Source: Coriobacteriaceae bacterium | GTDB lineage: Bacteria; Actinomycetota; Coriobacteriia; Coriobacteriales; Coriobacteriaceae | Reading direction: 5' to 3' | Assembly (NCBI GenBank): GCA_025992755.1 | Contig: DAJPGF010000001.1 | Span: 442,308 to 506,307, forward strand | DNA: 64,000 bases | Shown: piece by piece, positions 25,043-41,730 of the stretch | Layout: each line of letters starts with the position of its first letter | Position numbering within the stretch: position 1 is the first letter of the stretch | Notes under the pieces: generated by a model | The model's input: the letters and a program-made list of their open reading frames with translations, nothing else | What the model was told of the DNA's origin: nothing | The model's database searches: none | Translations under genes and position numbers: made by a program

Positions 25043-26419
25043 ATGTGGGCATACGAGACGACGTTCTATCAGATCTATCCGCTGGGCTTTTGCGGGGCTC
25101 CGCGCGAAAACGCCGCACCCGTTGCCGAGGACGAACTCTCCCAAACTGCCGGCACTGCAGCCAACCCCAATGCCCCCATCATGAAAATCGCCCAATGGGC
25201 CGACTACTTGCAAAAACTTGGTATTGGCGCTGTACTGATCAACCCACCGCTCGAATCCGATAGCCACGGCTACGATACGCGCAGCCTGTGCCATATCGAC
25301 CGTCGCCTGGGTGGGGATGCCGATTTTGCCGCCGTGTGCGAGACACTGCATGCCCACGGCATTCGCGTGGTGCTCGATGCCGTCTTTAACCATGTGGGCC
25401 GTGGCTTTTGGGCCTTCCGCGATGTGCAGGAACGCAAGTGGGACTCGCCCTACAAGGACTGGTTTCACATCAGTTTTGACGGCGACTCGTGCTACGGCGA
25501 CGGCTTTTGGTACGAGGGCTGGGAAGGCCATTTTGAGCTTGTGAAGCTCAACCTGCAAAATCCCGCTGTGGTCGATTACCTGCTCGAGTCCGTGCGCCGT
25601 TGGGCCGACGTCTTTGGCGTCGACGGTCTGCGCCTGGACGTTGCCTATATGCTCGACCGCGACTTTATGCGCCGGCTGCACGCCTTTACCCGTGAGCTCA
25701 AGCCCGGCTTTGTACTGATTGGTGAGACGCTCCACGGCGACTACAACCAGATCGTCAACGACGAGATGCTCGACTCCTGCACCAACTACGAGTGCTACAA
25801 GGGCCTGTACTCCAGCTTTAACTCGGTCAACATGTTCGAGATCGCGCACTCGCTGCACCGTCAGTTTGGCGGCGACCCCTGGTGCATCTACCGCGGCAAG
25901 CACCTGCTGTCGTTTGTCGACAACCACGACGTGCCGCGCCTGGCAAGCATCCTTACCGACAAGTCGTGCCTGCGTCCCGCCTATGGCATGCTCTTTGGCA
26001 TGCCGGGCATTCCGTGCGTCTACTATGGCAGCGAGTGGGGGATTGCTGGCGAAAAGGGCGGCCCCGATGGCGACTGGGCGCTGCGCCCTGCGCTCGATGA
26101 GCCTGCGCCCAATGAGCTGACGGCGTTTGTCACGCAGCTCGCGCACCTGCGCTCGGCCGACGACGCGGCGGCCCGTGCTCTCAACTACGGTGCCTATCGC
26201 AACGTGGTGATCCAGAACAAGCAGCTGCTGTTCGAGCGCGCCTGTGACGGCGCGACGGTACTCGTGGCGGTCAATGCTGTGAACGAGCCCTATACCTTTG
26301 GAGCCGGTGAACTCAACGGCTCCTTCGTCGACCTGCTTGCCGACGATGCGCCCACGATCGAGCTGACGGGTACCCTTGAGCTTGCGCCCTACGAGGTGCG
26401 CTATCTGTTGAGGGTCTAG
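25043..26419 (+). CDS. Glycoside hydrolase family 13 (alpha-amylase catalytic-domain protein)
   Basis: All four GH13 conserved regions are present: VVLDAVFNHVG, GVDGLRLDVAY, LIGETLHGDY, FVDNHDVPR. RBS GGGAGG lies before ATG 25043. Confidence 0.88.
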   Translation: MWAYETTFYQIYPLGFCGAPRENAAPVAEDELSQTAGTAANPNAPIMKIAQWADYLQKLGIGAVLINPPLESDSHGYDTRSLCHIDRRLGGDADFAAVCETLHAHGIRVVLDAVFNHVGRGFWAFRDVQERKWDSPYKDWFHISFDGDSCYGDGFWYEGWEGHFELVKLNLQNPAVVDYLLESVRRWADVFGVDGLRLDVAYMLDRDFMRRLHAFTRELKPGFVLIGETLHGDYNQIVNDEMLDSCTNYECYKGLYSSFNSVNMFEIAHSLHRQFGGDPWCIYRGKHLLSFVDNHDVPRLASILTDKSCLRPAYGMLFGMPGIPCVYYGSEWGIAGEKGGPDGDWALRPALDEPAPNELTAFVTQLAHLRSADDAAARALNYGAYRNVVIQNKQLLFERACDGATVLVAVNAVNEPYTFGAGELNGSFVDLLADDAPTIELTGTLELAPYEVRYLLRV

Positions 26420-26422
26420 ATC

Positions 26423-26983
26423 ATGGCGCCGGACGAGGGCTATCAACATATTGAGCATGGGTTTGAGCCCGTGTTCGACCAGCACTCGCGCGTTTTGGTG
26501 CTGGGGTCGTTTCCCTCGGTGCTTTCGCGCGCCAATGCCTTTTATTACGGCAACCCTCAGAATCGCTTTTGGCGCGTGATGGCCGCGTGCCTCGGTGTGC
26601 CTGTGCCGCCCAACGAGGGCGATTCTTTGGCGGACGGCGAGCCCGCGAAGCTCGACGCCTCGATTGCCGCCAAGCGATCCATGCTGCTGAACGGCGGCGT
26701 AGCCCTGTGGGATGTGATTGAGAGCTGCGACATTAAGGGCTCGAGTGATGCGAGCATTCGCAACGTTGTGCCGGCACATATCGAGTGCATTACCGGCGCA
26801 GCTCCCATTGAGCAGGTGATATGCAACGGTGGTACGGCGGGGCGCCTCTATAAGCGCTATCTACAGGAACGGACGGGTCTGTCCGTTGTCGTATTGCCGT
26901 CAACTAGTCCCGCTAACGCGGCTTGGCGTCTGGAACGTCTTGTTGAGCGCTGGCGCGAGGCAGTCGACTGGACCGCACGGTAG
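26423..26983 (+). CDS. Uracil-DNA-glycosylase-superfamily protein (hypoxanthine/deoxyinosine DNA glycosylase-like)
   Basis: VLVLGSFPS...AFYYGNPQNRFWRVMA...LWDVIESCDIKGSSDASI...VVLPSTSPANA is the pattern of the HDG-type UDG family. Confidence 0.7.
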   Translation: MAPDEGYQHIEHGFEPVFDQHSRVLVLGSFPSVLSRANAFYYGNPQNRFWRVMAACLGVPVPPNEGDSLADGEPAKLDASIAAKRSMLLNGGVALWDVIESCDIKGSSDASIRNVVPAHIECITGAAPIEQVICNGGTAGRLYKRYLQERTGLSVVVLPSTSPANAAWRLERLVERWREAVDWTAR

Positions 26984-26984
26984 T

Positions 26985-27647
26985 CTAGATCCTTGATTGA
27001 GCATGGGCGCCGAGGCGTTTGATGATGGCGCGCCAGATTGGTGCGGGCACGGCGGGCCTGGCACGCACCATGCCGTCGGCATCGACGCTACCGGCATTGC
27101 CACCGCCAAGCAGCTGCGCATGCTCAACGGAGCAGCCCATGCGCACAGCGCCTACAAGCTTATCCACCGCTTCCGAAAAAGGCCGGCGCAAGAGGCCCAT
27201 ACGCGGGGAGTGGCGAAGCGCCGCAGTACCGCTGCCGGCACAGACGACAACGCCGCCACACCACAATTGGTCATGGCGCTCACATGCCTTGTGCAGACGA
27301 ACGGCGGTCCCGCGCGCCTGCTTAGCGCCCTCTTGTGCGGCTCGAATCGCGGCATAGACGCGCGTTCCCGTACCGCCAAAGCGCTCAAGCGCCTGCTCGA
27401 TAGCTGTCAACGTCTCATCGTCAGCCACATCTTCAATGGCCAGCACGATGCCATCGGCAACGCTGCCGGCATCATCCGCCTCCAAATCAACCGGGCGGGG
27501 GAGCGCGGTGCCGGAAAGCTGTGCATAGGCGGCGATGGCATCTTGCAGGTCCCAGAGCAAAAACTCAAGATCGGCGCTATCGGGAATGCTGATATACGCA
27601 ATGGTTCGCAACGTTTTTGGTACATCGCCGCGTGAGGTCGTCTCCAT
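26985..27647 (-). CDS. Hypothetical protein
   Basis: 220-aa ORF convergent with the glycosylase gene. Its composition is more protein-like than the overlapping plus-strand ORF 26997..27635. No motif recognised. Confidence 0.45.
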   Translation of the reverse strand: METTSRGDVPKTLRTIAYISIPDSADLEFLLWDLQDAIAAYAQLSGTALPRPVDLEADDAGSVADGIVLAIEDVADDETLTAIEQALERFGGTGTRVYAAIRAAQEGAKQARGTAVRLHKACERHDQLWCGGVVVCAGSGTAALRHSPRMGLLRRPFSEAVDKLVGAVRMGCSVEHAQLLGGGNAGSVDADGMVRARPAVPAPIWRAIIKRLGAHAQSRI

Positions 27648-27740
27648 GCCGCCTCCTTTCCGGTTGGTTTCCGTTTAGGTTACACCGTCTGGCGGCGTCT
27701 CGCCGCGCTATCCTAATGCAACCCTTACGAAAGGAACGCC

Positions 27741-28877
27741 ATGCGTCTGCCCATGAATACCTCGCTTGCCACGCTCAAGCCCTCCGGCATCCGTCGGATT
27801 AACGCGCTCGCTGCCCAGCACCCAGGATGCATTGCGCTCGCGCTCGGCGAGCCCGATTTTTCCACGCCCGATGTGATTAGCGCCGAGGTGACCGCTTCGT
27901 TGGACCGCGGCGACACACACTATCCGCCCAACAACGGTCGCCCCGCCCTGCGTGAGGCGCTGTCTGCTTACATGGGGGACGCGGGCCTTACGTTTTCGGC
28001 CGACGAGGTCATCCTGACCGACGGCGCGACCGAGGCCCTGTCGGCAACATTTATGGCTATGCTTAACCCCGGAGACGAGGTCATTATCCCCACGCCGGCC
28101 TTTGGCCTGTACGAGAGCATCGTCGTGGCCAATCACGCCAAAGCGGTCTTTTTGGATACAGAGCCTGCGCAATTCCAGATTGATGAGGAGGCGCTTCGTG
28201 CCTGTGTGACGCCGGCGACTAAGGCCATCGTCATCTGCTCGCCCAACAATCCCACGGGTTGCATCCTCGACGCGGCGTCGCTCGACGCCGTGGCGCGCGT
28301 GGCAGAGCAGGCGGGCATCTACGTGGTCTGCGACGACGTATATAGCCGCCTGGTCTATGTGGATGGCTACGAGCGCTTTGCCCGGCGCCACCCGGAGCTA
28401 CGCGAGCAGACGGTGGTCATCGAGAGCTTCTCCAAGCCCTGGGCCATGACCGGCTGGCGCTTGGGCTGGCTCGCAGCCGCAGCCCCCGTCATCGCCGAGA
28501 TCGCAAAGGCCCACCAATACTTAGTATCGAGCGCCGTCTCCTTCGAAATGGACGCCGCGGCGCGAGCCCTGACCGTCGACCCAACCCCCATGCTCAAAGT
28601 CTACCGAGCCCGCCGCGAACGCGTACTCGCAGCCTTAGACGCCATGGGCCTCGACGTAGTGGAACCAGCCGGCGCCTTCTACGCCTTTCCCAGCATCAAA
28701 CAGTACGGCCTAACCAGCGAAGACTTCTGTATCAAAGCCATCAAAGAAGCCAACATAGCCCTAGTTCCGGGCGACTGTTTCGGCACCGAAGGCCACATCC
28801 GCCTAAGCTACTGCGTCTCCGACCAAGATCTGGACGAAGGCCTCCACCGCCTATCCACCTTCGTCTCAACCCTATAG
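27741..28877 (+). CDS. Class I/II PLP-dependent aminotransferase (aspartate aminotransferase-like)
   Basis: Motifs: LALGEPDFSTP, NNPTGC, and the PLP-lysine context SFSKPWAMTGWRLGW. Confidence 0.88.
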   Translation: MRLPMNTSLATLKPSGIRRINALAAQHPGCIALALGEPDFSTPDVISAEVTASLDRGDTHYPPNNGRPALREALSAYMGDAGLTFSADEVILTDGATEALSATFMAMLNPGDEVIIPTPAFGLYESIVVANHAKAVFLDTEPAQFQIDEEALRACVTPATKAIVICSPNNPTGCILDAASLDAVARVAEQAGIYVVCDDVYSRLVYVDGYERFARRHPELREQTVVIESFSKPWAMTGWRLGWLAAAAPVIAEIAKAHQYLVSSAVSFEMDAAARALTVDPTPMLKVYRARRERVLAALDAMGLDVVEPAGAFYAFPSIKQYGLTSEDFCIKAIKEANIALVPGDCFGTEGHIRLSYCVSDQDLDEGLHRLSTFVSTL

Positions 28878-28934
28878 CCATCAGGGACGCAACACATCAG
28901 CCCACCGACCCAAGCATTATGAGTGGAGGCGTCA

Positions 28935-29122
28935 GCCAACGAAAAACCGGGCTGCCCCATAGTTGACGTAGGCCGCGCCGCCAAAGGCCAGGCGCAAGGT
29001 TTTCGTAGATTCCGCACGAGCCGAAGAGCACTTAATGTGCTTTCCGAGCGAGCCCAGGACCTGACCGAGCGAAAACCTTGCGCCTGGCCTTCGGCGGTGC
29101 GGCCGGATGGTGGAATTGTGTG
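28935..29122. repeat. About 190-bp nested palindromic element with core gcacttaatgtgctttcc
   Basis: Outer arms caacgaaaaaccgggctgc / gcagcccggttttccgttg. Inner arms gccgccaaaggccaggcgcaaggttttcg / cgaaaaccttgcgcctggccttcggcggtgc. The central hairpin is agagcac-ttaat-gtgcttt. The core is shared with 41905-42043. Confidence 0.75.
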
Positions 29123-29234
29123 CAGCCCGGTTTTCCGTTGACCGACGCCGGGGTCCCCGCCATAATACTTTCGGTTCACGCACGAATCCGCTGCCAGAGA
29201 CAGCCGGTGCAAACGGGCATTGCCCGCGAGCTTA

Positions 29235-29262
29235 ATGGGATATCCCGCCAGCCGAGGTGGTC
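29235..29262 (+). promoter_or_regulatory. Copy of a recurrent GGATAYNCCCG...TG motif upstream of rplJ
   Basis: atgggatatcccgccagccgaggtggtc. Compare 42101-42125, 59243-59270 and 61108-61136. Confidence 0.3.
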
Positions 29263-29280
29263 GAGTAGATATGTCTTCTC

Positions 29281-29317
29281 GCCCCCGTCGCTCATGCAGC
29301 GCGGGGGCTTTCTTTTT
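29281..29317 (+). promoter_or_regulatory. Terminator-like attenuator hairpin in the rplJ leader (L10-leader region)
   Basis: Stem gcccccg (29281-29287) / cgggggc (29302-29308), followed by tttcttttt, 65 nt before the rplJ ATG. A second gcccccg copy at 29324-29330 could pair alternatively. L10(L12)4-controlled leaders are known upstream of rplJ in other bacteria. Confidence 0.4.
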
Positions 29318-29382
29318 GGACATGCCCCCGTCACGTCCTTGTGGCGGACCGTGCCCGGAAAGAAATCGAGGAGGTGTAATTC

Positions 29383-29904
29383 ATGCCCCAGCAGTACAAA
29401 ATCGACAAGGTTGCAGAGATCGAGTCCCGTATCGCCGAGAACGCCGGTCTGTTCGTCGTCAACTACAACGGTCTGACGGTTAAGCAGGCCCAGGAGCTGC
29501 GTCATCAGCTTCGCGAGTGCGGCGCCGAGATGAAGGTCTACAAGAACAACCTGGTCAAGATCGCTCTCAAGAACCAGGAGCAGCCCGAGCTCGACGAGAT
29601 CCTCGCCGGCCCCGTCGCTTATGTGTTCTATGAGTCCGAGCCGGTCGAGGCCGCTAAGGCCCTTAAGGACTTCTCTGCTAAGTCCAAGGGCGTCCTTGAG
29701 ATCAAGGGCGGTATCTCCGACGGCAAGGCCGTTTCCGCTGATGATGTTAAGGCTATCGCCGAGCTGCCCACCAAGGATCAGCTTCTCGGCCAGATCGCCG
29801 GTCTCATCTCCGGTTTCGCTCGCGACATCGCTGTCTGCGTCAACGGCGTTTCCTCTGGTCTCGCTCGTTCGATTCAGCAGGTCTCCGAGCAGAAGGCAGC
29901 CTAG
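29383..29904 (+). CDS. rplJ: 50S ribosomal protein L10
   Basis: MPQQYKIDKVAEIESRIAENAGLFVVNYNGLTVKQAQELRHQLRE... RBS GAGGAGG. Followed by rplL. Confidence 0.95.
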   Translation: MPQQYKIDKVAEIESRIAENAGLFVVNYNGLTVKQAQELRHQLRECGAEMKVYKNNLVKIALKNQEQPELDEILAGPVAYVFYESEPVEAAKALKDFSAKSKGVLEIKGGISDGKAVSADDVKAIAELPTKDQLLGQIAGLISGFARDIAVCVNGVSSGLARSIQQVSEQKAA

Positions 29905-30006
29905 TCGCTGTTTTCACCCGCGGCGGCAACGCCGCACCCCTGGCGCATTCGCGCCGTGTTTTAACTGATCTCCGTGCATCCGCACGGAAACCGAAAGGAC
30001 TTAGAA

Positions 30007-30384
30007 ATGGCTAAGCTTACCACCGATGAGATCATCGATGCTCTTAAGGAAATGACCCTTCTCGAGGCTTCCGAGCTCGTTAAGGCTATCGAGGACACCT
30101 TCGGCGTTTCCGCCGCTGCTCCTGCCGCCGTTGTCGCCGCTCCCGCTGCTGGCGCTGCTGAGGCCGAGGAGAAGACCGAGTTTGACGTCGTGCTCGAGGG
30201 CTTCGGCGACAACAAGATCCAGGTCATCAAGGCCGTCCGTGAGCTCACCAACCTTGGCCTGAAGGAGGCCAAGGAGGTCGTCGAGGGCGCTCCCAAGGCT
30301 GTTCTCGAGGGTGCCAAGAAGGAGGACGCCGAGGCTGCCAAGGAGAAGCTCGAGGCTGCTGGCGCTGCTGTCACCCTCAAGTAA
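30007..30384 (+). CDS. rplL: 50S ribosomal protein L7/L12
   Basis: [34 protein letters not shown]..., an Ala-rich hinge, then [28 protein letters not shown]. Start ATG 30007, not the track start 29974. Confidence 0.95.
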   Translation: MAKLTTDEIIDALKEMTLLEASELVKAIEDTFGVSAAAPAAVVAAPAAGAAEAEEKTEFDVVLEGFGDNKIQVIKAVRELTNLGLKEAKEVVEGAPKAVLEGAKKEDAEAAKEKLEAAGAAVTLK

Positions 30385-30411
30385 TCAGGCTTTCTCGCCA
30401 GATTTCTTTGC

Positions 30412-30445
30412 AGACGGGGTTCGCATTGCGAGCCCCGTCTTTTTC
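30412..30445 (+). terminator. Intrinsic terminator after rplL
   Basis: agacggggttcgc att gcgagccccgtct, followed by ttttt. Confidence 0.75.
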
Positions 30446-30696
30446 GTTATGATCCCTCTATTTTGCTGACTCGGCATGCAAATTGCTTCCGCTTGCGGTG
30501 CTTTGGGGTCGCTACCGTTGGGCGATAAAGTTGCACCATTCGAGCAATAATTTGCGTTGACCTGCTGAAGAATGGCGCTTGCCTGCATTAACGTTAATTA
30601 ACAGCGGTAAGATAATCCGGTATCGCAATTTGGTCTGCGGCCGGTGAGCCGCATGCACGGGCGCTATTTGCGCCTGCGAAAGGATCCCTGAATACT

Positions 30697-31606
30697 ATGA
30701 AGGCAATCATCCCCGCCGCCGGTCTTGGCACGCGTTTTCTGCCTGGCACCAAGTGCACGCCCAAAGAGATGCTGCCGGTTCTCGACAAGCCGGTCATCCA
30801 GTATGTCGTCGAGGAGGCGCTCGACCCCGAGGAGGTCGACGACGCCATCATCGTTACCTCGCCCGGCAAGCCCGAGCTGCTGAACTACTTCCAGCCCGAC
30901 CGTTCGCTCGAGAACCTGCTGCGCGAGCGCGGTAAGGACGCCTACGCCGACGCTGTCGCCCATGCGGGCGGTATGCCGGTCGACTTCCGCTATCAGTACG
31001 AGCCCAAGGGTCTCGGTCACGCCATTCGCTCTGCCGCCGACGCTGTGGCGGGGGAGAACTTCCTGGTTCTTTTGGGCGACTACGTTGTGCCCAACCGTGA
31101 TATCTGCGACAAGATGCTGGCCGTCTCCAAGGAGCACGGTGGCGCTTCGGTTATCGCCGTTGCCGCGTGTGCTCCCGAGGAAGTTAGCCGCTACGGCGTT
31201 ATCGCCGGTGAGCGCGTGGGCTCGCTCGAGGGCGCCGAGGATGTTGCTGATGGCGAGCCGGGTGCCGTGTGGCGTATCGGCGGCCTGGTGGAGAAGCCTG
31301 CCCCCGAGGCGGCTCCGTCCAACCTGTACATCGTCGGTCGCTACCTCCTGTCTCCGCTGGTCATGGACCTGCTGGCCGATCAGCAGGCCGGTAAGGGTGG
31401 CGAGATCCAGCTGACCGACGCCATGGCCCGTTCGCTCGATCGCGAGGCCATGTATGCCGTCGTCATCGACCCGCTGTCGGGCTACGACACCGGTACCCCC
31501 GTCTGGTTGGATGGCTACCAACGCCCTCATGGCTGCAAGCGACCCTCGCTTTGCAAACGCCTTCTGGGATGCCATCGACGAGCGCGGCGGCTTGATGCGC
31601 AAGTAA
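30697..31606 (+). CDS. galU: UTP--glucose-1-phosphate uridylyltransferase, with an apparent 1-nt frameshift at a C5 run near the 3' end
   Basis: MKAIIPAAGLGTRFLPGTKCTPKEMLPVLDKPVIQYVVEEA... As written, the frame runs to 31665, through a terminator hairpin. Removing one C from ccccc (31496-31500) gives ...GTPSGWMATNALMAASDPRFANAFWDAIDERGGLMRK*, ending at 31606. Confidence 0.85.
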
Positions 31607-31628
31607 GCCTTCGGGCAACGATATTTAC

Positions 31629-31661
31629 GGGTGCGGACTTCGGTCTGCACCCGTTTTTTTT
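31629..31661 (+). terminator. Intrinsic terminator after galU
   Basis: gggtgcggac ttcg gtctgcaccc, followed by g + T8. Confidence 0.8.
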
Positions 31662-31895
31662 ATAAGAGCTGCGATTGCCGGTTCTCTGTTCACAGAAAAT
31701 ATATGAACAGGTGTTCGATACACATACATCTACCTGCGCATTTTCTGTCGAAAAACTTTGCTACTCCAAAAACTCAATCGCGTCAAGGCTTTTCTTGCTC
31801 AACGGTCGGTACCTGATAAACTATTAGGTTGCGATAACTGGCGAAGCCATGCCTCGCCAATCCACCGAGCATTTCCGTGAAGGAGGAAAAACCTG

Positions 31896-35387
<3,492 letters not shown>

Positions 35388-35393
35388 TTGACT

Positions 35394-39869
<4,476 letters not shown>

Positions 39870-39946
39870 TTAGTTCCGCCGTTCTAACGAACGGCGGCGA
39901 CCTCCGTCGCTGCGCGGCCCCCAGAACTACAATCTGTCATTCAAAA

Positions 39947-39985
39947 GGCAGGGCATGACCAAAAGGTCAATGCCCTGCCTTTTTC
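39947..39985 (+). terminator. Intrinsic terminator after rpoC
   Basis: ggcagggcat (39947-39956) / atgccctgcc (39970-39979), followed by ttttt. Confidence 0.75.
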
Positions 39986-40179
39986 ATGCCACCTTGTACG
40001 CTCTGGGGACCGCTCGCTTACGTATGCTCAACCTGTTGCGTTCGGTTGATCCCTTGCCAATAAGGGACAGGTTTATTTTGGTAGGTTATTCCTGCTTGAA
40101 TTTGAAACATTTCGTTCGGTCAAAGCGTATCTATGGTGAGGGCCTCAGCAAGAATCATTACCGTCACCGGGAGGTGATT

Positions 40180-40698
40180 ATGGAAGAACAAGCATTTAGA
40201 CAGGCGGTCGAGGATCACCGTGATGTCGTGTTTCGGATCGCATTGACGTACCTGCGCGATTGCGCCGATGCCGATGATGTTGCCCAAGATGTCTTTCTTA
40301 AGTTGCTTAAAAGCGATGGACACTTTGAAAGTTGGGAACATCTTCGCCGCTGGCTTATCCGGGTCACGATCAATGAATGTAAATCGCTCTTTCGAAAGCC
40401 ATGGAGGCGTGTGGAGGATATTGAGAACCTGGCCGATTCGCTTTCGGCGGCGCAGGATGAGACCAAGGCGGTCCTGTCAGACGTTATGCGACTTCCGGAG
40501 CGATTCCGCGTTCCCATCGTGCTCTATTACTATCTGGGCTTTTCGACCTCAGAGATTGCCGAGTTGTTGCATGTACCAGCCGCGACCGTTCGAACGCGTT
40601 TGGCTCGCGGCAGGTCGAAGCTCAAGTTCATCCTAGAGGAGGGCGACCGTGAAATCCAATCAAATCAAGCAGGCCTTCGAGTCCATCCAAGCCGATAG
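40180..40698 (+). CDS. ECF-type sigma-70 family RNA polymerase sigma factor
   Basis: Region 2 (DADDVAQDVFLKLLK...WLIRVTINECKSLFRK) and region 4 HTH (YYYLGFSTSEIAELLHVPAATVRTRLARGRSKL). Start ATG 40180 after GGGAGGTGATT. The track start 39955 lies inside the rpoC terminator. Confidence 0.85.
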   Translation: MEEQAFRQAVEDHRDVVFRIALTYLRDCADADDVAQDVFLKLLKSDGHFESWEHLRRWLIRVTINECKSLFRKPWRRVEDIENLADSLSAAQDETKAVLSDVMRLPERFRVPIVLYYYLGFSTSEIAELLHVPAATVRTRLARGRSKLKFILEEGDREIQSNQAGLRVHPSR

Positions 40699-41725
40699 CA
40701 ATCTTGCAGATCGCGTCCTTAATACTGCTGCGGGTGAGCCGCTTCATCGAAAGGGCCACGCGAAGCCTCTCTATGTTGCCGTAATCGGGTGTCTTGTCGG
40801 AGTGTTGGCGACCGGAGGGGTCGCCTACGCAGTTATCAATTCCAGCTATTTTGCCTCAGCCTGGGGAAACCACGGCAACGGGGATTACATCACCTGGACC
40901 AACGGCGGCTCATCGGGGACTCAATATACCTACACCAGAGAGTTCGGTGACGGCATCGCGCCCCAAAGCCTGGAGGGCACAGTCCAGAAGGTTGATCTGT
41001 CCGTCGAGGGTAACGGCTATACGCTCGATATCCATGAGATGGCTATTGACCAAAACGGCTGCGGAGCCGTGACGTTTACGCTGTCCAATCCAAATGGCGT
41101 TAACTACTACAAGCCGGCAGCAGAGACAGGCGAACTTGTTCTCTATGGTGAAGAAGAACAAGGCATCGGTACGCCCAGCATGAACTTCGGCGAGGAATGG
41201 GCTGACACACGCTGCACCATTGATAAAGACACATCAAGCGATACTGTCATTAATGGCACGATGTACTTTGCTTCTATGGATCGCGAGCGAGGTTTTCAAC
41301 ATGCGGTCACCTGGAATATCTCGTGGACCGAGGGCGAAGGCGAGGATGCGAAGCCGTTCGAGGCATCGACGCCTGAGTTTAGCGTTGGAGCGTACGTCGA
41401 TACAAAGGAACTCCGCTCCGATGACTCGCCTCTCGAGATCAGCCCGTTTTCTATCCAGACACACATCGATGATTTGGGCATTGACGCAGTCACGAAGAAG
41501 TTGACGGTTACCTACAAGGATGGATCGGAGCAGATTATCGAAGATGACGACGCAGGGGCGTTCAACTTATATTTTTCTTATACGCGCAATAGCGGAGAGA
41601 ACATCTGGGTGCCAACGAAGTTGATTGATGTCGACCAAGTGGTCTCAGTAACGCTTGAGGGCACGAGGTGCACGTCAACAGGAGAGACCGAAACGGAAGA
41701 GTCCTTTACTATCGTCTATTCGTAA
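40649..41725 (+). CDS. Putative anti-sigma factor: single-pass membrane protein with a large extracytoplasmic domain
   Basis: Overlaps the end of the sigma gene by 50 nt. It has a short cytoplasmic N-terminus, one TM (LYVAVIGCLVGVLATGGVAYAVI) and about 290 aa outside. This position and topology are typical of ECF anti-sigma partners. No motif was verified. Confidence 0.6.
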   Translation: MKSNQIKQAFESIQADSNLADRVLNTAAGEPLHRKGHAKPLYVAVIGCLVGVLATGGVAYAVINSSYFASAWGNHGNGDYITWTNGGSSGTQYTYTREFGDGIAPQSLEGTVQKVDLSVEGNGYTLDIHEMAIDQNGCGAVTFTLSNPNGVNYYKPAAETGELVLYGEEEQGIGTPSMNFGEEWADTRCTIDKDTSSDTVINGTMYFASMDRERGFQHAVTWNISWTEGEGEDAKPFEASTPEFSVGAYVDTKELRSDDSPLEISPFSIQTHIDDLGIDAVTKKLTVTYKDGSEQIIEDDDAGAFNLYFSYTRNSGENIWVPTKLIDVDQVVSVTLEGTRCTSTGETETEESFTIVYS

Positions 41726-41730
41726 GGTCT

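Noticed and set aside
24971-26779. 602-aa minus-strand ORF
   Set aside because: Antisense to the GH13 and glycosylase genes, which carry all their family signature blocks.
26997-27635. Plus-strand 212-aa ORF overlapping the minus-strand hypothetical gene
   Set aside because: Its composition (Arg/Gly/Ala runs) is less protein-like than the minus-strand ORF, and it would overlap the end of the glycosylase gene. Only the minus-strand ORF is kept, at low confidence.
39955-40179. Track start of the sigma-factor ORF at 39955
   Set aside because: This 5' extension begins inside the rpoC terminator hairpin and has no sigma-like sequence. The ATG at 40180 has a GGGAGG RBS and starts region 2 properly.
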